Notes under the pieces: model-generated
Told to the model about the DNA's origin: nothing
The model's input: the letters and a program-made list of their open reading frames with translations, nothing else
Databases searched by the model: none
Assembly (NCBI RefSeq): GCF_006345805.1
Contig: NC_042998.1
Span: forward strand, 24,242,001-24,306,000
Reading direction: 5' to 3'
DNA from: Octopus sinensis
Lineage: Eukaryota
DNA: 64,000 nucleotides
Position numbers and translations under genes: made by a program
Part shown: positions 62,965-64,000 of the stretch, in pieces
How the letters are laid out: each line of letters begins with the position of its first letter
Position numbering within the stretch: position 1 is the stretch's first letter

Positions 62965-63349
62965 CAATCTTTTTATTCGTTGTATTTCACTTTCCTTACG
63001 TTAAATGTATGTTGATTCTAGTTGGAAACAGATCTTCTGTGGTTGCTTCGGAGCTATTTTTAGCACTAGAGTTATCCACATAGTGGATAACTCTCTAATA
63101 ATTTATGTATAAATTTGTATTTTCTCCGTAGTTTTTTGTGCTAAGCCACTTGGTGTTAAATTAATGGTATTAGTAATTAATATCGATTTTTCACCCTCAT
63201 TTATAATAATATGCATATATTACATATTATATATATATATATATTATAATATATTATATATATTATATTATATATTATGCTGAGGTGAACTTTGCTCTCC
63301 CTCATTTAGGGTTGAAAAAAAGACACCATTCCACTGCAGTGGAATGGCA

Positions 63350-63678
63350 AACTATTATTATTGTGATACTTATTTTGTTTGTTCCTTCTCGAGCCAAGCA
63401 TGGCTCATAAGGGCCAGTTTTTCGGTTTCCTTGGCGTATAGGTTCCCCACCTGGACAGGACGCCGGTCCATCACAGGTGAGGTGCTAGATGCAGGAGGAA
63501 AGAGTGAGAGAAAGTTGTGGTGAAAGAGTCAGTAGAAGTTCACCATTACCTTCTGCCAGAGCCACGTGGAGCTTAGGTGTTTCGCTCATAAACACGCACA
63601 TCGCCCGGTCTGAGATTCAAACTCGCGATCCCTCGACTGTGAGTCTGCTGCTCTAACCACTAGGCCATGTGCCTCCAC
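63350..63678 (-). mobile_element. SINE S4
   Basis: Head GTGGAGGCACATGGCCTAGTGGTTAGAGC on minus. Confidence 0.85.
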
Positions 63679-63931
63679 AATTGTGGTACTTTGTAAAATC
63701 TCTACTGATTCTTTGCATTCTGGCAGTCATGATTGTGATAAGCTGCATTAGTACTTAACTTTTTATTGGATTACATCAATAGCATCAGGGGAGAAGACGT
63801 GTACAAACTTGCATATGTATGTGTCCAATTGCAGCTTTTCTATAGAAATTTCAAAAAGGCTTGTGCTTTATGATAATCAGTACATGTGTGGAACTGATGT
63901 CTCATGTGACATACAGAGACCATAATGCATG

Positions 63932-63996
63932 CATACATACATACATACATACATACATACATACATACATACATACATACATACATACAAACATAC
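63932..63996. repeat. (CATA)n microsatellite
   Basis: Direct sequence. Confidence 0.95.
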
Positions 63997-64000
63997 TCTG

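Larger units (their letters stand above)
60788..63205. mobile_element. Array B: ~490-bp monomers, 2 forward plus ~2.9 inverted, retrozyme-like
   Basis: Forward units start 60788 and 61277; inversion junction ~61767; inverted units end ~62121, 62614, 63106; TA flanks. Confidence 0.9.

Overview
AT-rich, repeat-saturated eukaryotic non-coding window. The SINE families and (TA)n/(CAT)n/(AAT)n microsatellites look like an octopod cephalopod genome; this is inferred from recalled repeat sequences, not from a search. No host gene could be assembled. Almost all long ORFs in the track are microsatellite or SINE read-through. Real coding remnants are all transposon-derived: a young RLE-type (R4/Dong-like) LINE 3' end in (TAA)n, CR1 and RTE fragments, two hAT fossils and a mariner C-terminus. 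There are also about 50 SINE copies, a Helitron, a Helentron-like element and several MITEs/foldbacks. The main result is a set of (TA)n-embedded elements carrying type I hammerhead-ribozyme (HHR) motifs with self-complementary stem III. The best examples are two sequence-unrelated tandem arrays of ~490-bp monomers (58611-59712 and 60788-63205). They have one HHR per full monomer, a head-to-head inversion, circularly permuted ends and a shared TTTGGCGCG motif ~92 nt upstream of the core. This resembles retrozyme / non-autonomous Penelope-like elements copied from circular or multimeric RNA. All structures were read by eye, so coordinates of decayed repeats are approximate and ribozyme activity is untested.
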